Source: Deltaproteobacteria bacterium
Lineage (GTDB): Bacteria; Desulfobacterota; Binatia; Binatales; Binataceae
Assembly (NCBI GenBank): GCA_021780225.1
Contig: JAJXZF010000061.1
Location: forward strand, 18,324 to 82,323
Length of the DNA stretch: 64,000 nt
Reading direction: 5' to 3'
The notes beneath the pieces are model-generated. The model worked only from the letters and a program-made list of their open reading frames with translations. It was not told the origin of the DNA and ran no database searches. The position numbers and the translations under genes were made by a program. This document shows, piece after piece, positions 52,623 through 62,575 of this stretch (its first letter is position 1; each line of letters opens with the position of its first letter).

Positions 52623-54398
52623 GTGACCAGCCATCCCGCCGCCGAAGCTTTCACCAAAAGCCGCGCCCTCGCCGCATGGGTCGCGGAATGCGCGCGCCTG
52701 ACAAATCCGGACCGAATCGTATGGTGCGACGGCTCGGAAGCCGAACGCCACCGCTTGACCGAGGAGGCGGTGGCCGCGGGAGTTCTGGCGCCGCTGAACC
52801 ACGCAAAGCGCCCCGGATGCTACCTGCATCGCTCCAACCCCAACGACGTCGCGCGCACCGAAGAAGTCACTTTCATCTGCTCGCCGACCAAAGACGGCGC
52901 GGGCGTGACCAACAACTGGATGGCGCCCGGCGAGGCTTACGCGAAGCTCGGCGCGCTGCTGAAAGGCTCGATGGCGGGCCGCACGATGTACGTGATTCCG
53001 TATGTGATGGGGCCGCTCGGCTCACCCTTCGCCAAGGTCGGCGTGGAAATCACCGACAGCGTTTACGTCGTGCTGAGCATGCGAATCATGACGCGGATGG
53101 GCCGCGCGGCGCTCGAGATGCTGGGCGATTCCGACCACTTCAATCGCGGCCTGCACTGCACGCTCGATCTCGATCCGAAGAAACGCTTTATCTGCCACTT
53201 CCCGCAGGACAACACGATCTGGTCGGTCGGCAGCGGCTACGGCGGCAACGCGCTGCTCAGCAAGAAATGTTTCGCGCTCAGAATCGCCAGCAACCTCGGG
53301 CGCGCGGAAGGCTGGCTGGCCGAGCATATGCTGATCGTCGGGATCCAAAACCCCGCCGGCGCGACCCGCTACATCGCCGCGGCGTTCCCGAGCGCCTGCG
53401 GCAAGACGAATCTCGCGATGCTCACGCCGCCGCCGGCGCTCAAAGGCTGGAAAGTGTTCACCGTCGGCGACGATATCGCGTGGCTCAGAATCGGCCCTGA
53501 CGGCGGGCTGTGGGCGATCAATCCCGAGGCGGGATATTTCGGCGTCGCGCCCGGCACCAGCGCGAAATCGAACGCCAACGCGATGCATCTGGTGGAGCGC
53601 GATTCGCTCTTCACCAACGTCGCGGAGACGCCGGACGGCGATATCTGGTGGGAAGGGATGGACACGCCGCCGCCGGCCGGGCTGCTCGATTGGCAGGGGC
53701 ATCCGTGGGATGCGCAATCCGGCGCCAAAGCGGCCCATCCCAACAGCCGTTTCACCGCGCCGATGGGCAACAACCCCGCGCTCTCGCCGCACGCGAACGA
53801 TCCGCGCGGCGTGCCGATTTCAGCGATCGTGTTCGGCGGCCGGCGCGCGAGCACGATGCCGCTGGTGCTGGAGTCTTTCGACTGGACGCACGGCGTTTTC
53901 ATGGGCGCGACGATGGGCTCGGAGACGACCGCGGCGGCGGCCGGCAAAGTCGGCGTGGTGCGCCGCGACCCGATGGCGATGCTGCCGTTCTGCGGCTACA
54001 ACATCGGTGAATATCTCGGCCACTGGCTGGAACTGGCCAAACGACTCAAAAATCCTCCGCGCATCTTCATGGTGAATTGGTTCCGCAAGAGCGCCGCCGG
54101 CGATTTCCTGTGGCCCGGTTTCGGCGAAAACCTGCGGGTGCTGAAATGGATGCTCGATCGGATCCACAACGGCGCTGAAGGTTCCCGCACGCCGGTCGGC
54201 ATCGCGCCGCATGCGAAGGACCTCGATCTCGCCGGACTGGAAATCTCGCCGGAGCAATTGCGCCAGGCGCTCGCGGTGGACCAGGGCGAATGGCGTCAGG
54301 AGCTCGCGTCGGCGGGCGAATTCTTCGACAAAATCGGCGCCGCGCTGCCCGGCGAGTTGCGCCGGCAGCATCGCGCGCTCGCCGCGGCGATCGATTAA
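52623..54398 (+). CDS. pckG: Phosphoenolpyruvate carboxykinase (GTP)
   Basis: GSGYGGNALLSKKCFALRIAS and FPSACGKTNLAML motifs of GTP-PEPCK. GTG at 52623 follows GGGAGAG. Confidence 0.92.
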   Translation: MTSHPAAEAFTKSRALAAWVAECARLTNPDRIVWCDGSEAERHRLTEEAVAAGVLAPLNHAKRPGCYLHRSNPNDVARTEEVTFICSPTKDGAGVTNNWMAPGEAYAKLGALLKGSMAGRTMYVIPYVMGPLGSPFAKVGVEITDSVYVVLSMRIMTRMGRAALEMLGDSDHFNRGLHCTLDLDPKKRFICHFPQDNTIWSVGSGYGGNALLSKKCFALRIASNLGRAEGWLAEHMLIVGIQNPAGATRYIAAAFPSACGKTNLAMLTPPPALKGWKVFTVGDDIAWLRIGPDGGLWAINPEAGYFGVAPGTSAKSNANAMHLVERDSLFTNVAETPDGDIWWEGMDTPPPAGLLDWQGHPWDAQSGAKAAHPNSRFTAPMGNNPALSPHANDPRGVPISAIVFGGRRASTMPLVLESFDWTHGVFMGATMGSETTAAAAGKVGVVRRDPMAMLPFCGYNIGEYLGHWLELAKRLKNPPRIFMVNWFRKSAAGDFLWPGFGENLRVLKWMLDRIHNGAEGSRTPVGIAPHAKDLDLAGLEISPEQLRQALAVDQGEWRQELASAGEFFDKIGAALPGELRRQHRALAAAID

Positions 54399-54455
54399 TC
54401 GGCGCCCGGCGCGCTGTCCAAACGCGCTTCACGGCGGCACGCGCGCAAGGTTATA

Positions 54456-55727
54456 GTGCGCGCGATGCGCAGCGACAGCTCCGATCGCCCGGCGCCGTCC
54501 GGCGTCAAAGGCGGCTTCCAATTTCAATCCGCCGCTCCGATCGGAAAGCCGCGCCATGAGCGCGACTCGCGGCACGCGTGGCGGATGGTCGCGGCGGGTT
54601 TTCTCGCGACCTTCACGCTGTTCGGCGTGGCCTATAGCTTCGGCGCGTTCTTCCGTCCGATCGCCGCGGAATTCGGCGCCAGCCGCTCCGCGACCTCCGC
54701 AATCTTTTCGATCACCGCCTTCATCTATTTCATGCTCGGCCCGATCACCGGTCATTTCGCCGATCGCGTCGGGCCGCGGCCGGTCGCGGCGGCCGGCGCG
54801 CTGGCGACGGGCGCCGGGCTTATCGCGACCGCGTCGATCCACCGGCTGGCCGAAGCCTATTTCACCTACGGCCTTGGCGTTGGCGTAGGGGTCGCGTGCT
54901 GCTATGTGCCGCTGGTCGCGGCGGTAAGCGGATGGTTTTTAAAGCGAAGGACGACCGCGCTTGGAATCGCGGTGTCGGGAATCGGGGCGGGAACGCTGGC
55001 GGTGGCGCCGCTGGCGGCGGCGTTAATCAAACACTACGGATGGCGCGAGGCCTACACGCTTCTGGGCGTCGGAGCGGCCGCAAGCCTGCTGGCTTGCGCG
55101 TGGTTGGCGGAGCCGCCGCCGGTCGAACTCGATTCGCCGCCGGCGCCGATGCGCCAGATTTTCCGTTCGCCGGCGTTTCGGCTGATGTACGCGGGATGCC
55201 TGCTGTGGACGGTCGCGACGACGGTGCCGTTCGTCTTCTTGCCGTCTTTCGCGCAGAGCGTCGGCATCAAGCCGATCGCGGCGGCGGCGCTGGTGGGCAT
55301 TATCGGATTCGCGAGTACGGCCGGGCGGGTCGGTCTTGGCCCGGTCGCGGACCAATACGGCGTGATCCGGGCGTTCCAAGGATGCATCCTGGCGCTCGGC
55401 TTGAGCTTCGCGTTGTGGCTCGCGGCGGAATCGTACTGGCCGCTGGCGGCGTTCGCGCTCGCGATGGGCGTGAGTTACGGCGGCGCGGTCGCGCTCACGC
55501 CGGCGGTGCTCGCGGAACTGTTCGGCGCGCGCGGGCTCGGCGTGGTCCTTGGCGTACTCTACACGAGCAGCGCGATCGGAACCCTGCTCGGCCCGCCGGT
55601 ATGCGGCGCGCTGATCGATCATACCGGCAGCTATCGCATCGCGGTCGCCTTCACGATGGCGCTGACGGTGGGATCGTTCGCGATCCTGGCGCCGCTCGCG
55701 CGAGCGGAACGAACCCCCGGCGAATAG
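54456..55727 (+). CDS. MFS transporter (oxalate/formate antiporter-like subfamily)
   Basis: 12-TM profile. FGVAYSFGAFF...GPITGHFADRVGPR motifs. The start is uncertain within the first 45 codons. Confidence 0.78.
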   Translation: MRAMRSDSSDRPAPSGVKGGFQFQSAAPIGKPRHERDSRHAWRMVAAGFLATFTLFGVAYSFGAFFRPIAAEFGASRSATSAIFSITAFIYFMLGPITGHFADRVGPRPVAAAGALATGAGLIATASIHRLAEAYFTYGLGVGVGVACCYVPLVAAVSGWFLKRRTTALGIAVSGIGAGTLAVAPLAAALIKHYGWREAYTLLGVGAAASLLACAWLAEPPPVELDSPPAPMRQIFRSPAFRLMYAGCLLWTVATTVPFVFLPSFAQSVGIKPIAAAALVGIIGFASTAGRVGLGPVADQYGVIRAFQGCILALGLSFALWLAAESYWPLAAFALAMGVSYGGAVALTPAVLAELFGARGLGVVLGVLYTSSAIGTLLGPPVCGALIDHTGSYRIAVAFTMALTVGSFAILAPLARAERTPGE

Positions 55728-55752
55728 GCGGCGCGCCAAGCGGCGCGCGCCG

Positions 55753-57120
55753 CTAATTCGTGGGCTTGCGGAGGAACGCCGGTATGTCGAGTTTGTCTTC
55801 CGCCTCAACCGCGTCGTTCGCGTCGAGCCGGGTCGGCCCCGCATTGCGCTGCTCCGCTTCGCTGTTGCGCCGCTTGAAGGCCGGAATGTCGAGACTGTTT
55901 TCGTCAACGATCATTCCGAGCCGGCGCACCGGCTTGCCGCCGAATGAAGTCGCGTTGGGCGGAATTCTGGGCATCGGCGGCGCGGCGGCGGCGCGCGCCG
56001 CGGCGGACTGAACCGGCGGCATCGGCGCGGCGTGCGTCATCGCCGTCTGCGCCAGCAACGGCTGCTGCGGCGAATCCATCGGCCGCGTCATCGCGGATTG
56101 CACGGGAGCCGTAATCGGCGCGCCGGAAGGCGAATAGCGCGGCATGATGCGGCTGTCGAGGTCGCGGTCGCCGAAGCCGGTCGCGATCACGGTGACGTGA
56201 ATCTCGTCGCTGATCTTTTCGTCGATCACGGCGCCGAAAATGATATTCGCGTCCTCGTGCGCCTCTTCCTGGATCAGGCTCGCCGCTTCGTTCACTTCAT
56301 AGAGCGACATGTCGGGCCCGCCGGTGACATTGATCAGCAAGCCGCGCGCGCCCTTGATCGACACGTCTTCGAGCAGCGGGCTCGAAATCGCGCGCTGCGC
56401 CGCTTCGACCGCGCGATTTTCGCCGCCTGCGCGCGACGCGCCCATCATCGCCATGCCCATCTCGGCCATGATCGAACGCACGTCGGCAAAATCCAGATTG
56501 ATCAGTCCGTGCACCGTCACCAGTTCCGAGATGCCGCGGACCGCCTGCAGCAGCACGTCGTCGGCGCGCTGAAACGCCTCCTTCAGCGACGTGGTGCGGC
56601 TCGCGATCGAAAGCAGGCGCTGATTCGGGATCGTAATCAGGGTATCGACGGCGTTTTTCAGCTCGCGCAAACCCTCTTCCGCTTGGCCCATCCGCTTGCG
56701 GCCCTCGAACTGAAACGGCTTGGTCACGACGCCCACGGTAAGCGCTCCGGCGTCGCGCGCGATCCGCGCGATCACCGGCGCGGAGCCGGTGCCAGTGCCG
56801 CCGCCCATCCCGGCCGTGACGAACACCATCTCGGCGTCGCCGATCAGCTCGTGCAAACGGTCTTCATCCTCGAGCGCGGCCTTGCGGCCGATCTCGGGAT
56901 TGCCGCCGGTGCCGCGGCCGCGCGTGAGTTGCGTGCCCATCTGGAACCGAATCGGCGCGGTGTTGCCCTGCAAGGCTTGCGTGTCGGTGTTGCACGCGAC
57001 GAATTCGACATTGCGCAGGCCGGCCGCGATCATGTGATTGACGGCGTTGCCGCCGCATCCGCCGGCGCCAATAACCTTGATCCGCGCGCCGGGATCGACG
57101 TTTTCAACCAATTCGATCAT
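55753..57120 (-). CDS. ftsZ: Cell division GTPase FtsZ
   Basis: GAGGCGGNAVNHM and GGGTGTGSAPV motifs. ATG at 57120 follows GGAGGAGG. C-terminal DIPAFLRK peptide. Confidence 0.93.
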   Translation of the reverse strand: MIELVENVDPGARIKVIGAGGCGGNAVNHMIAAGLRNVEFVACNTDTQALQGNTAPIRFQMGTQLTRGRGTGGNPEIGRKAALEDEDRLHELIGDAEMVFVTAGMGGGTGTGSAPVIARIARDAGALTVGVVTKPFQFEGRKRMGQAEEGLRELKNAVDTLITIPNQRLLSIASRTTSLKEAFQRADDVLLQAVRGISELVTVHGLINLDFADVRSIMAEMGMAMMGASRAGGENRAVEAAQRAISSPLLEDVSIKGARGLLINVTGGPDMSLYEVNEAASLIQEEAHEDANIIFGAVIDEKISDEIHVTVIATGFGDRDLDSRIMPRYSPSGAPITAPVQSAMTRPMDSPQQPLLAQTAMTHAAPMPPVQSAAARAAAAPPMPRIPPNATSFGGKPVRRLGMIVDENSLDIPAFKRRNSEAEQRNAGPTRLDANDAVEAEDKLDIPAFLRKPTN

Positions 57121-57185
57121 TTCTGAACCTCCTCCGCCCCTCTCGCGCGAATTGCCGCGCTCTCCGCCACTGAAAATTTTCTGGC

Positions 57186-58403
57186 TCAAAAGAAATCCCT
57201 CATCCAATCGCCGACCCGCGTTCGCAAGCGGCCCCAGCGTCCGTTGCGGGAAAATCCGTTATGCTGGCCGCGGCCGTCGGTCGTGCGCATCAGCAAGCCG
57301 GCCGCCGTCGTGTACATCGGCTTCATCAGTTCCTCGGGCATGCCTTTGAGATTGATCGGCAAACCGCGCCGCACCGGCAGTCCGAAGATTCTTTCCGCCA
57401 ACTCCTGCGTGCCTTCCAGCAATGACGTTCCGCCCACCAGCACCACGCCGGACGCAAGGCTTTCCGAAACGCCGGAGCGATACAGCTCGCGCTGCGCGAG
57501 CGAAAAAATTTCTTCCATCCGCGGCTCGATTATTTCGCCCAGCAGGCGGCGCGGAATCACCCGCGGCTCGCGTCCGCCGACGCCCGGAACCTGCACGGTT
57601 TCTTCCCGCCCGACGATCAGATTCGTCGCGGCGCCGTGGCTCATCTTGAGCCGCTCGGCGTCGGTCAGCGGCGTGCGCAGGCCGGCCGCGACGTCGCTGG
57701 TGATATGGCTGCCGCCGATCGGCAACACCGCGGTATGCATCACGGCGCCGTTCAGATAGACGATCACGTCGGTGGTGCCGCCGCCGATATCGATCAGCGC
57801 CACGCCCAGTTCGCGCTCTTCGGGAAACAACGCCGCGTCCGCCGACGCGAGCGGTTCGAAAACCATCGCGGACGACGTGACGTTGGCGCGCTCGCAGCAC
57901 TTGGCGAGATTCTGCCCGTAGCTCTGCGCCGCGGTGACGATGTGAATCCGCGCTTCGAGCCGCACGCCCGCCATCCCGACCGGGTCGCGCACGCCCTCCT
58001 GCTCGTCGACCGCGAACTGTTGCGGCAGGATATGCAGCACCTGGCGGTCGAGCGGAATCGCGACCGCGCGCGCCGCATCGATCACGCGCTCGACGTCGCG
58101 CCCCCCTACTTCGCCGCCGCGCACCGCGACGATACCGTGGCTGTTAAGGCCGCGGACGTGCGCTCCCGAGACGCCCACGACCGCCGTGCCGACGCGGGCG
58201 CCGGCGGCCGCTTCGGCCTGATCGATCGCCGCGCGGATCGCTTCGACCGTCGCTTCGATATTGACCACGACGCCCTTGCGCAATCCGGCGCACGGCGCGA
58301 CGCCGTAGCCGATAATCTCGATTCCGCCGTCCGTCCCCGCGTCAGCGAGCAGAGCGCAAACCTTGCTCGTGCCGACGTCGAGTCCCGCCAAAGCGTTCCT
58401 CAT
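57186..58403 (-). CDS. ftsA: Cell division protein FtsA
   Basis: Actin-like fold motifs GLDVGTSKV and LIDIGGGTTD. Confidence 0.92.
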   Translation of the reverse strand: MRNALAGLDVGTSKVCALLADAGTDGGIEIIGYGVAPCAGLRKGVVVNIEATVEAIRAAIDQAEAAAGARVGTAVVGVSGAHVRGLNSHGIVAVRGGEVGGRDVERVIDAARAVAIPLDRQVLHILPQQFAVDEQEGVRDPVGMAGVRLEARIHIVTAAQSYGQNLAKCCERANVTSSAMVFEPLASADAALFPEERELGVALIDIGGGTTDVIVYLNGAVMHTAVLPIGGSHITSDVAAGLRTPLTDAERLKMSHGAATNLIVGREETVQVPGVGGREPRVIPRRLLGEIIEPRMEEIFSLAQRELYRSGVSESLASGVVLVGGTSLLEGTQELAERIFGLPVRRGLPINLKGMPEELMKPMYTTAAGLLMRTTDGRGQHNGFSRNGRWGRLRTRVGDWMRDFF

Positions 58404-59164
58404 CGGCTGGCCCCCGTTCGCAGCGTCGCTCGTTCCGGCGCGAGATATGCGACCTTGCGCGCATCCGCCGCGGGCCGCGCGCCGCCCGCCGCGCCGCGCC
58501 GAATCCGCACCACCGCGGCGTCGTCTTCGGTCAAATCAATCGCCGCGATCATCCGTTCGTGGCCGCGCCAGAGACCGATAATCCGCACGGCGCGGCGCAA
58601 CTCGACGCCGGTCCGGCCGAGGTCGAACGAAACCTCCATCGCTTCGCGTTCGAGATAGAGGGTCGCAACGCCGTCGCCATCGATGCGCATCTCGGAAACG
58701 ACTTCATTGAGATCGGCTTCGGCCCGCACCAGCATCGCCGCGTCTTCCAGCAAGGCGTCGGGGGCCGCGCCGTCAACTCCGGCGCCCGAAAGAATCGGCA
58801 GGTCGCCCTGCGCAGCGGGCGCAACCGGGCCGCTCAGGGCGCCGCGGCCGTTGAGCACGTAAAATCCATCGGCGCGCTGAACCAGAGCGATCGTGCTCGC
58901 CGGCGCAAGCGGCGCGACGGCCGCCGGCGCGACCATCGCGCCATGCGCGAACAGCGCCGGCAATATTCCCGATCGCCGGAGGACGGCATGCGGCTCCAGC
59001 CAGCTCTCGACGCGCGCGGCGAGCGTGCGCCCGGGCTTGCTCAGGCCGGTCATTACGCCAAGGGCGAAAAACAGACACAACGCGACGCCCGCGAGCCGCA
59101 TTCCCCAATGGCTCGCCGAGGTCTTGCCGGTTCGTTTTCTTTTTGCCGCCGCCACCACCGCCAT
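58400..59164 (-). CDS. ftsQ: FtsQ/DivIB-like cell division protein (divergent)
   Basis: A single N-terminal TM, an appropriate size, and the murB-X-ftsA position. Sequence motifs are weak. Confidence 0.55.
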   Translation of the reverse strand: MAVVAAAKRKRTGKTSASHWGMRLAGVALCLFFALGVMTGLSKPGRTLAARVESWLEPHAVLRRSGILPALFAHGAMVAPAAVAPLAPASTIALVQRADGFYVLNGRGALSGPVAPAAQGDLPILSGAGVDGAAPDALLEDAAMLVRAEADLNEVVSEMRIDGDGVATLYLEREAMEVSFDLGRTGVELRRAVRIIGLWRGHERMIAAIDLTEDDAAVVRIRRGAAGGARPAADARKVAYLAPERATLRTGASR

Positions 59165-59173
59165 CCCAACCCG

Positions 59174-60076
59174 TCACCACTCGCCGACGAATCTGACCTC
59201 CGGCTCCAACCAGACGCCGCTGCTTTCCTTGACGCGATTTCGCGCCATCTCGATTAACGCGCGCACCTCGTCGGCTCGCGCTCCGCCCAGGTTCACGATG
59301 AAATTCGCATGCTGGCCCGAAAACGCCGCGCCGCCCATGCGAGTTCCCTTGAGCCCGGCGCTCTCCAGCAACCGCCCGGCGAAGGCGCCCGGCGGGTTTT
59401 TGAAAATCGATCCGGCGTTGGGCAGTCCGCCCGGCTGCCGGGCGGAACGCTTCGCGTGAAGTTCGGCTACGCGCCCGCGCAGCGCGTCGCGATCGCCCCC
59501 TTCCAGCTCGAAATCGACGCGCGTGATCACGAACCCCGCCGGAAGATTGGTGCGCCGGTACGCAAACCCGACTTCGTCCTTCGCCAGCACGCGAATTTCG
59601 CCGATTCCCGTGACTCCGTGCACGGCGGTCACGACGCGCGCCATCTCGCCGCCGAATGCGCCGGCGTTCATCACCAATCCGCCGCCCACGCTGCCGGGAA
59701 TTCCCTCGCCGAATTCGAGACCCGCCAGCCCGCGATCGACCACGGCTTCAACCAGCGCGCCGAAAGCCAGCGCCGCGCCCGCTTCGACCCGCGTCCGCTC
59801 GATTCGGCAGTAATTGAAACTCGCGCCCAGCTTGACGACGAGTCCGCGCACGCCGCGATCGCTGATCAGAAGATTCGTGCCCGCGCCGAGGCACATCGCG
59901 GGCACGCCGTTGTGCGCCGCCGCCGCGAGCGCCGCCGCCAGCTCCTCCGCGGATTCGACGGTCACGAACAGATCGGCCGGCCCGCCGATCTGAAACGAAG
60001 TCAAATCGGCCAGCGAGCGGCCGCGCCCGACGCGATCGCCAAATCGAGCCGTCAACTCCCGTTCAAGCGCGTTCAT
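59174..60076 (-). CDS. murB: UDP-N-acetylenolpyruvoylglucosamine reductase
   Basis: FAD-binding FQIGGPADLF, GAGTNLL...GAGSIFKNP-type motifs (AGSIFKNPPG). Confidence 0.9.
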   Translation of the reverse strand: MNALERELTARFGDRVGRGRSLADLTSFQIGGPADLFVTVESAEELAAALAAAAHNGVPAMCLGAGTNLLISDRGVRGLVVKLGASFNYCRIERTRVEAGAALAFGALVEAVVDRGLAGLEFGEGIPGSVGGGLVMNAGAFGGEMARVVTAVHGVTGIGEIRVLAKDEVGFAYRRTNLPAGFVITRVDFELEGGDRDALRGRVAELHAKRSARQPGGLPNAGSIFKNPPGAFAGRLLESAGLKGTRMGGAAFSGQHANFIVNLGGARADEVRALIEMARNRVKESSGVWLEPEVRFVGEW

Positions 60077-61490
60077 CGGAACTCGCCGCCTCGCCCAACT
60101 CCGCCAGCAAACGCTCGCCGATACGGTAAACGTCGCCGGCGCCAGCGGTAATGATCAGGTCACCCGCCGCCGTTTCCGCAGCCAACCGGCGCTCGGGCGC
60201 GCTCTCGCCGCCGATAAACCGCACATCCAGATGGCCGCGCGCGCGCAGCGTTTCGCACAACCGCCGCGACGTCACGTCCGCAATCGGTTCCTCCCCCGCC
60301 GGATAGACGTCATCGAGATAGAGCACGTCGGCGTCGTCAAAAGCCTCAAGAAAGTCGTCGAACAAATCTCTCAGGCGGGTGTAGCGATGCGGCTGAAAGA
60401 GCACGACTATGCGGCGCTTGAAGGCGGCGCGCGCCGCGGCAAGCGTGGCCCGGACTTCCACCGGATGATGCGCGTAATCGTCGAGCACGAGCCGGCCCGC
60501 GGCTTCGCCTTTGATTTCAAACCGCCGCGAGATTCCCGAAAACGACTCGAGCCCGCGCGCCGCGGCCGCAAATGGAATTCCCAGTTCCAGCGCTACCGCG
60601 ATCGCCGCCAATCCGTTAAGCGCGACGTGGCGTCCGGGCGACGGAATCGCGACCGCACCCAACGCGACTCCGCGCCGCAGCACCTCGAACCGCGTGGTGA
60701 GTCCGTCGATGACGATGTTTTCGGCGCGCAGGTCCGCGTCGGCGGCGACTCCGTAGGTGACCACCGGCTTGCGGGCGGATTCGAGCAAGCCGCGGACGTT
60801 AACGCTGTCGATGCCCAATACGGCCGCGCCATAGAAGGGCAGCCGGTTGATAAAATTCAAATATGCTTCGCGCACCCGCTCCATCGCGCCGTAATGGTCA
60901 AGATGCTCGGGATCGATATTCGTCACGACCGCGATCGTCGGCATCAGCAACAGAAACGAAGCGTCGCTCTCGTCGGCCTCGGCGACCATATACTCGCCGT
61001 GCCCAAGCCGGACGTTCGAGCCGCGCGCGCGCAGATTTCCACCGATCGCGACCGTGGGATCCAGGCCCGCTTCTTCAAGAATCAGACCGACCAGCGATGT
61101 CGTCGTGGTTTTGCCGTGCGTGCCCGCGATCGCGATGCCGACGCGGGCCAGGCGCAGCAATTCGCCCAGCATCTCGGCGCGCGCAATCACCGGAATTTTC
61201 AACGCGCGCGCGGCGGCGACTTCAGGATTCGAAAATTTCACCGCCGAAGAAATCACCACCGCGTCGAGTCCCGCGCCGAGATGACTCGGATGATGGCCGC
61301 GATCGATTTTCACGCCCAGGCCGTCAAGGCGGGCGGTCGTGGCGCTTTCGCGCAGGTCGCAGCCGCTGACCTCGAAGCCGAGCCGCCGGCACAACTCGGC
61401 GATTCCGCTCATCCCGGCGCCGCCCACGCCGATAAAATGCAGCCGGCGCGGCCGGGTCATCAGACCCGTTGCGATTCCGTTTTGACTCAT
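60063..61490 (-). CDS. murC: UDP-N-acetylmuramate--L-alanine ligase
   Basis: HFIGVGGAGMSGIAE and GTHGKTTTTS motifs. Confidence 0.92.
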   Translation of the reverse strand: MSQNGIATGLMTRPRRLHFIGVGGAGMSGIAELCRRLGFEVSGCDLRESATTARLDGLGVKIDRGHHPSHLGAGLDAVVISSAVKFSNPEVAAARALKIPVIARAEMLGELLRLARVGIAIAGTHGKTTTTSLVGLILEEAGLDPTVAIGGNLRARGSNVRLGHGEYMVAEADESDASFLLLMPTIAVVTNIDPEHLDHYGAMERVREAYLNFINRLPFYGAAVLGIDSVNVRGLLESARKPVVTYGVAADADLRAENIVIDGLTTRFEVLRRGVALGAVAIPSPGRHVALNGLAAIAVALELGIPFAAAARGLESFSGISRRFEIKGEAAGRLVLDDYAHHPVEVRATLAAARAAFKRRIVVLFQPHRYTRLRDLFDDFLEAFDDADVLYLDDVYPAGEEPIADVTSRRLCETLRARGHLDVRFIGGESAPERRLAAETAAGDLIITAGAGDVYRIGERLLAELGEAASSDERA

Positions 61491-62575
61491 GCGGCTGCGC
61501 GTTCCTCCGCGGCGATTGCGAAACAGATGCGGCCAATCCGCGCCGCGGCGTCGGGATACGCGGCCTGGCGCGCGCGCTCGCCCATCACGATCAACCGTGA
61601 CGGTTCGGCGGCGATTTCGCGCATACGAGCTGCGAGGTTCTCGCCCAAGCGATCGTCGTCCGCGACAATTAACGCGCCGCCAAGACGTTCGATTACACGC
61701 CCGTTTAATTCCTGTTGACGATCGCGATGGAACGGATACGGCACGAACAGCGCCGGCCGGCCGGCCAACGCCAGTTCCGAAACGGTCATGGCGCCGGCGC
61801 GCGCTATGATCAAATCGGCGCGGTCGAGCGCTGACGCCATGTCGTCAATAAATGGCGTCACCTCCGCAACGACCCCCAAATCGCGATACCGTGCCGCGAC
61901 CAACTCCGCGTCCGCGCCTCCCGTCTGATGCGTGACTTTAAATTTTATAACATCATTATCAAGAATATTCAAAGCCTTTAGGACGCCAAGATTAAGTCGA
62001 TGGGCGCCGCTCGAACCGCCTAAAACAAGGATTTGAATTGGACCGGAGATTTTCCGCAACCGTCCCGGAACGAACCTCAGGCGCACCGGATTTCCGGTTA
62101 CCGAGACCCGGCCAGCCGGAAAGCAGGCGGCGGTATCGGCGAATCCGACACAGATTTGCCGCGCAAAGCGCCAAAGAATCCTATTCGACAATCCCAGCCG
62201 CGTATTTTGTTCCATTAGCACGAGCGGTATGCGTCCGATGATCGCCGCGACCGCGGTCGGCGCCGAGGCGTATCCGCCGGCGCTGACCACGAGGCTGGCG
62301 CCGAAGGCCTTGAGCGTGGCGCGCGCGCGGCCAATCGCCGCGAAAAATTCGCGAAGCGCCCGTATCCGCGAAATCGGATCCTTGCCGCGCAGTCCGTGGA
62401 CGGGAAAGAGTTCGTAGCGCAAACCGCTCTTCGGCAGCCAGGTCGCTTCGAGACCGTTGCTGGTTCCGACATGCAAAATTTCGACATCGGGCTTGAGACG
62501 GCGCATCTCTTCGCCTAACGCGACGGCGGGAAACAGATGACCGCCGGTGCCGCCTCCCGCGATTACGACCTTCAT
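61487..62575 (-). CDS. murG: Undecaprenyldiphospho-muramoylpentapeptide beta-N-acetylglucosaminyltransferase
   Basis: GGTGGHLFPAVAL motif. 4 nt overlaps with both neighbours. Confidence 0.92.
   Translation of the reverse strand: MKVVIAGGGTGGHLFPAVALGEEMRRLKPDVEILHVGTSNGLEATWLPKSGLRYELFPVHGLRGKDPISRIRALREFFAAIGRARATLKAFGASLVVSAGGYASAPTAVAAIIGRIPLVLMEQNTRLGLSNRILWRFARQICVGFADTAACFPAGRVSVTGNPVRLRFVPGRLRKISGPIQILVLGGSSGAHRLNLGVLKALNILDNDVIKFKVTHQTGGADAELVAARYRDLGVVAEVTPFIDDMASALDRADLIIARAGAMTVSELALAGRPALFVPYPFHRDRQQELNGRVIERLGGALIVADDDRLGENLAARMREIAAEPSRLIVMGERARQAAYPDAAARIGRICFAIAAEERAAA

Noticed and set aside
55728-55753. GC-only palindromic stretch GGCGGCGCGCCAAGCGGCGCGCGCCGC between the MFS gene and ftsZ as a terminator
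   Set aside because: A hairpin is possible, but there is no U-tract on either strand and it overlaps both stop codons. This is too weak to annotate.
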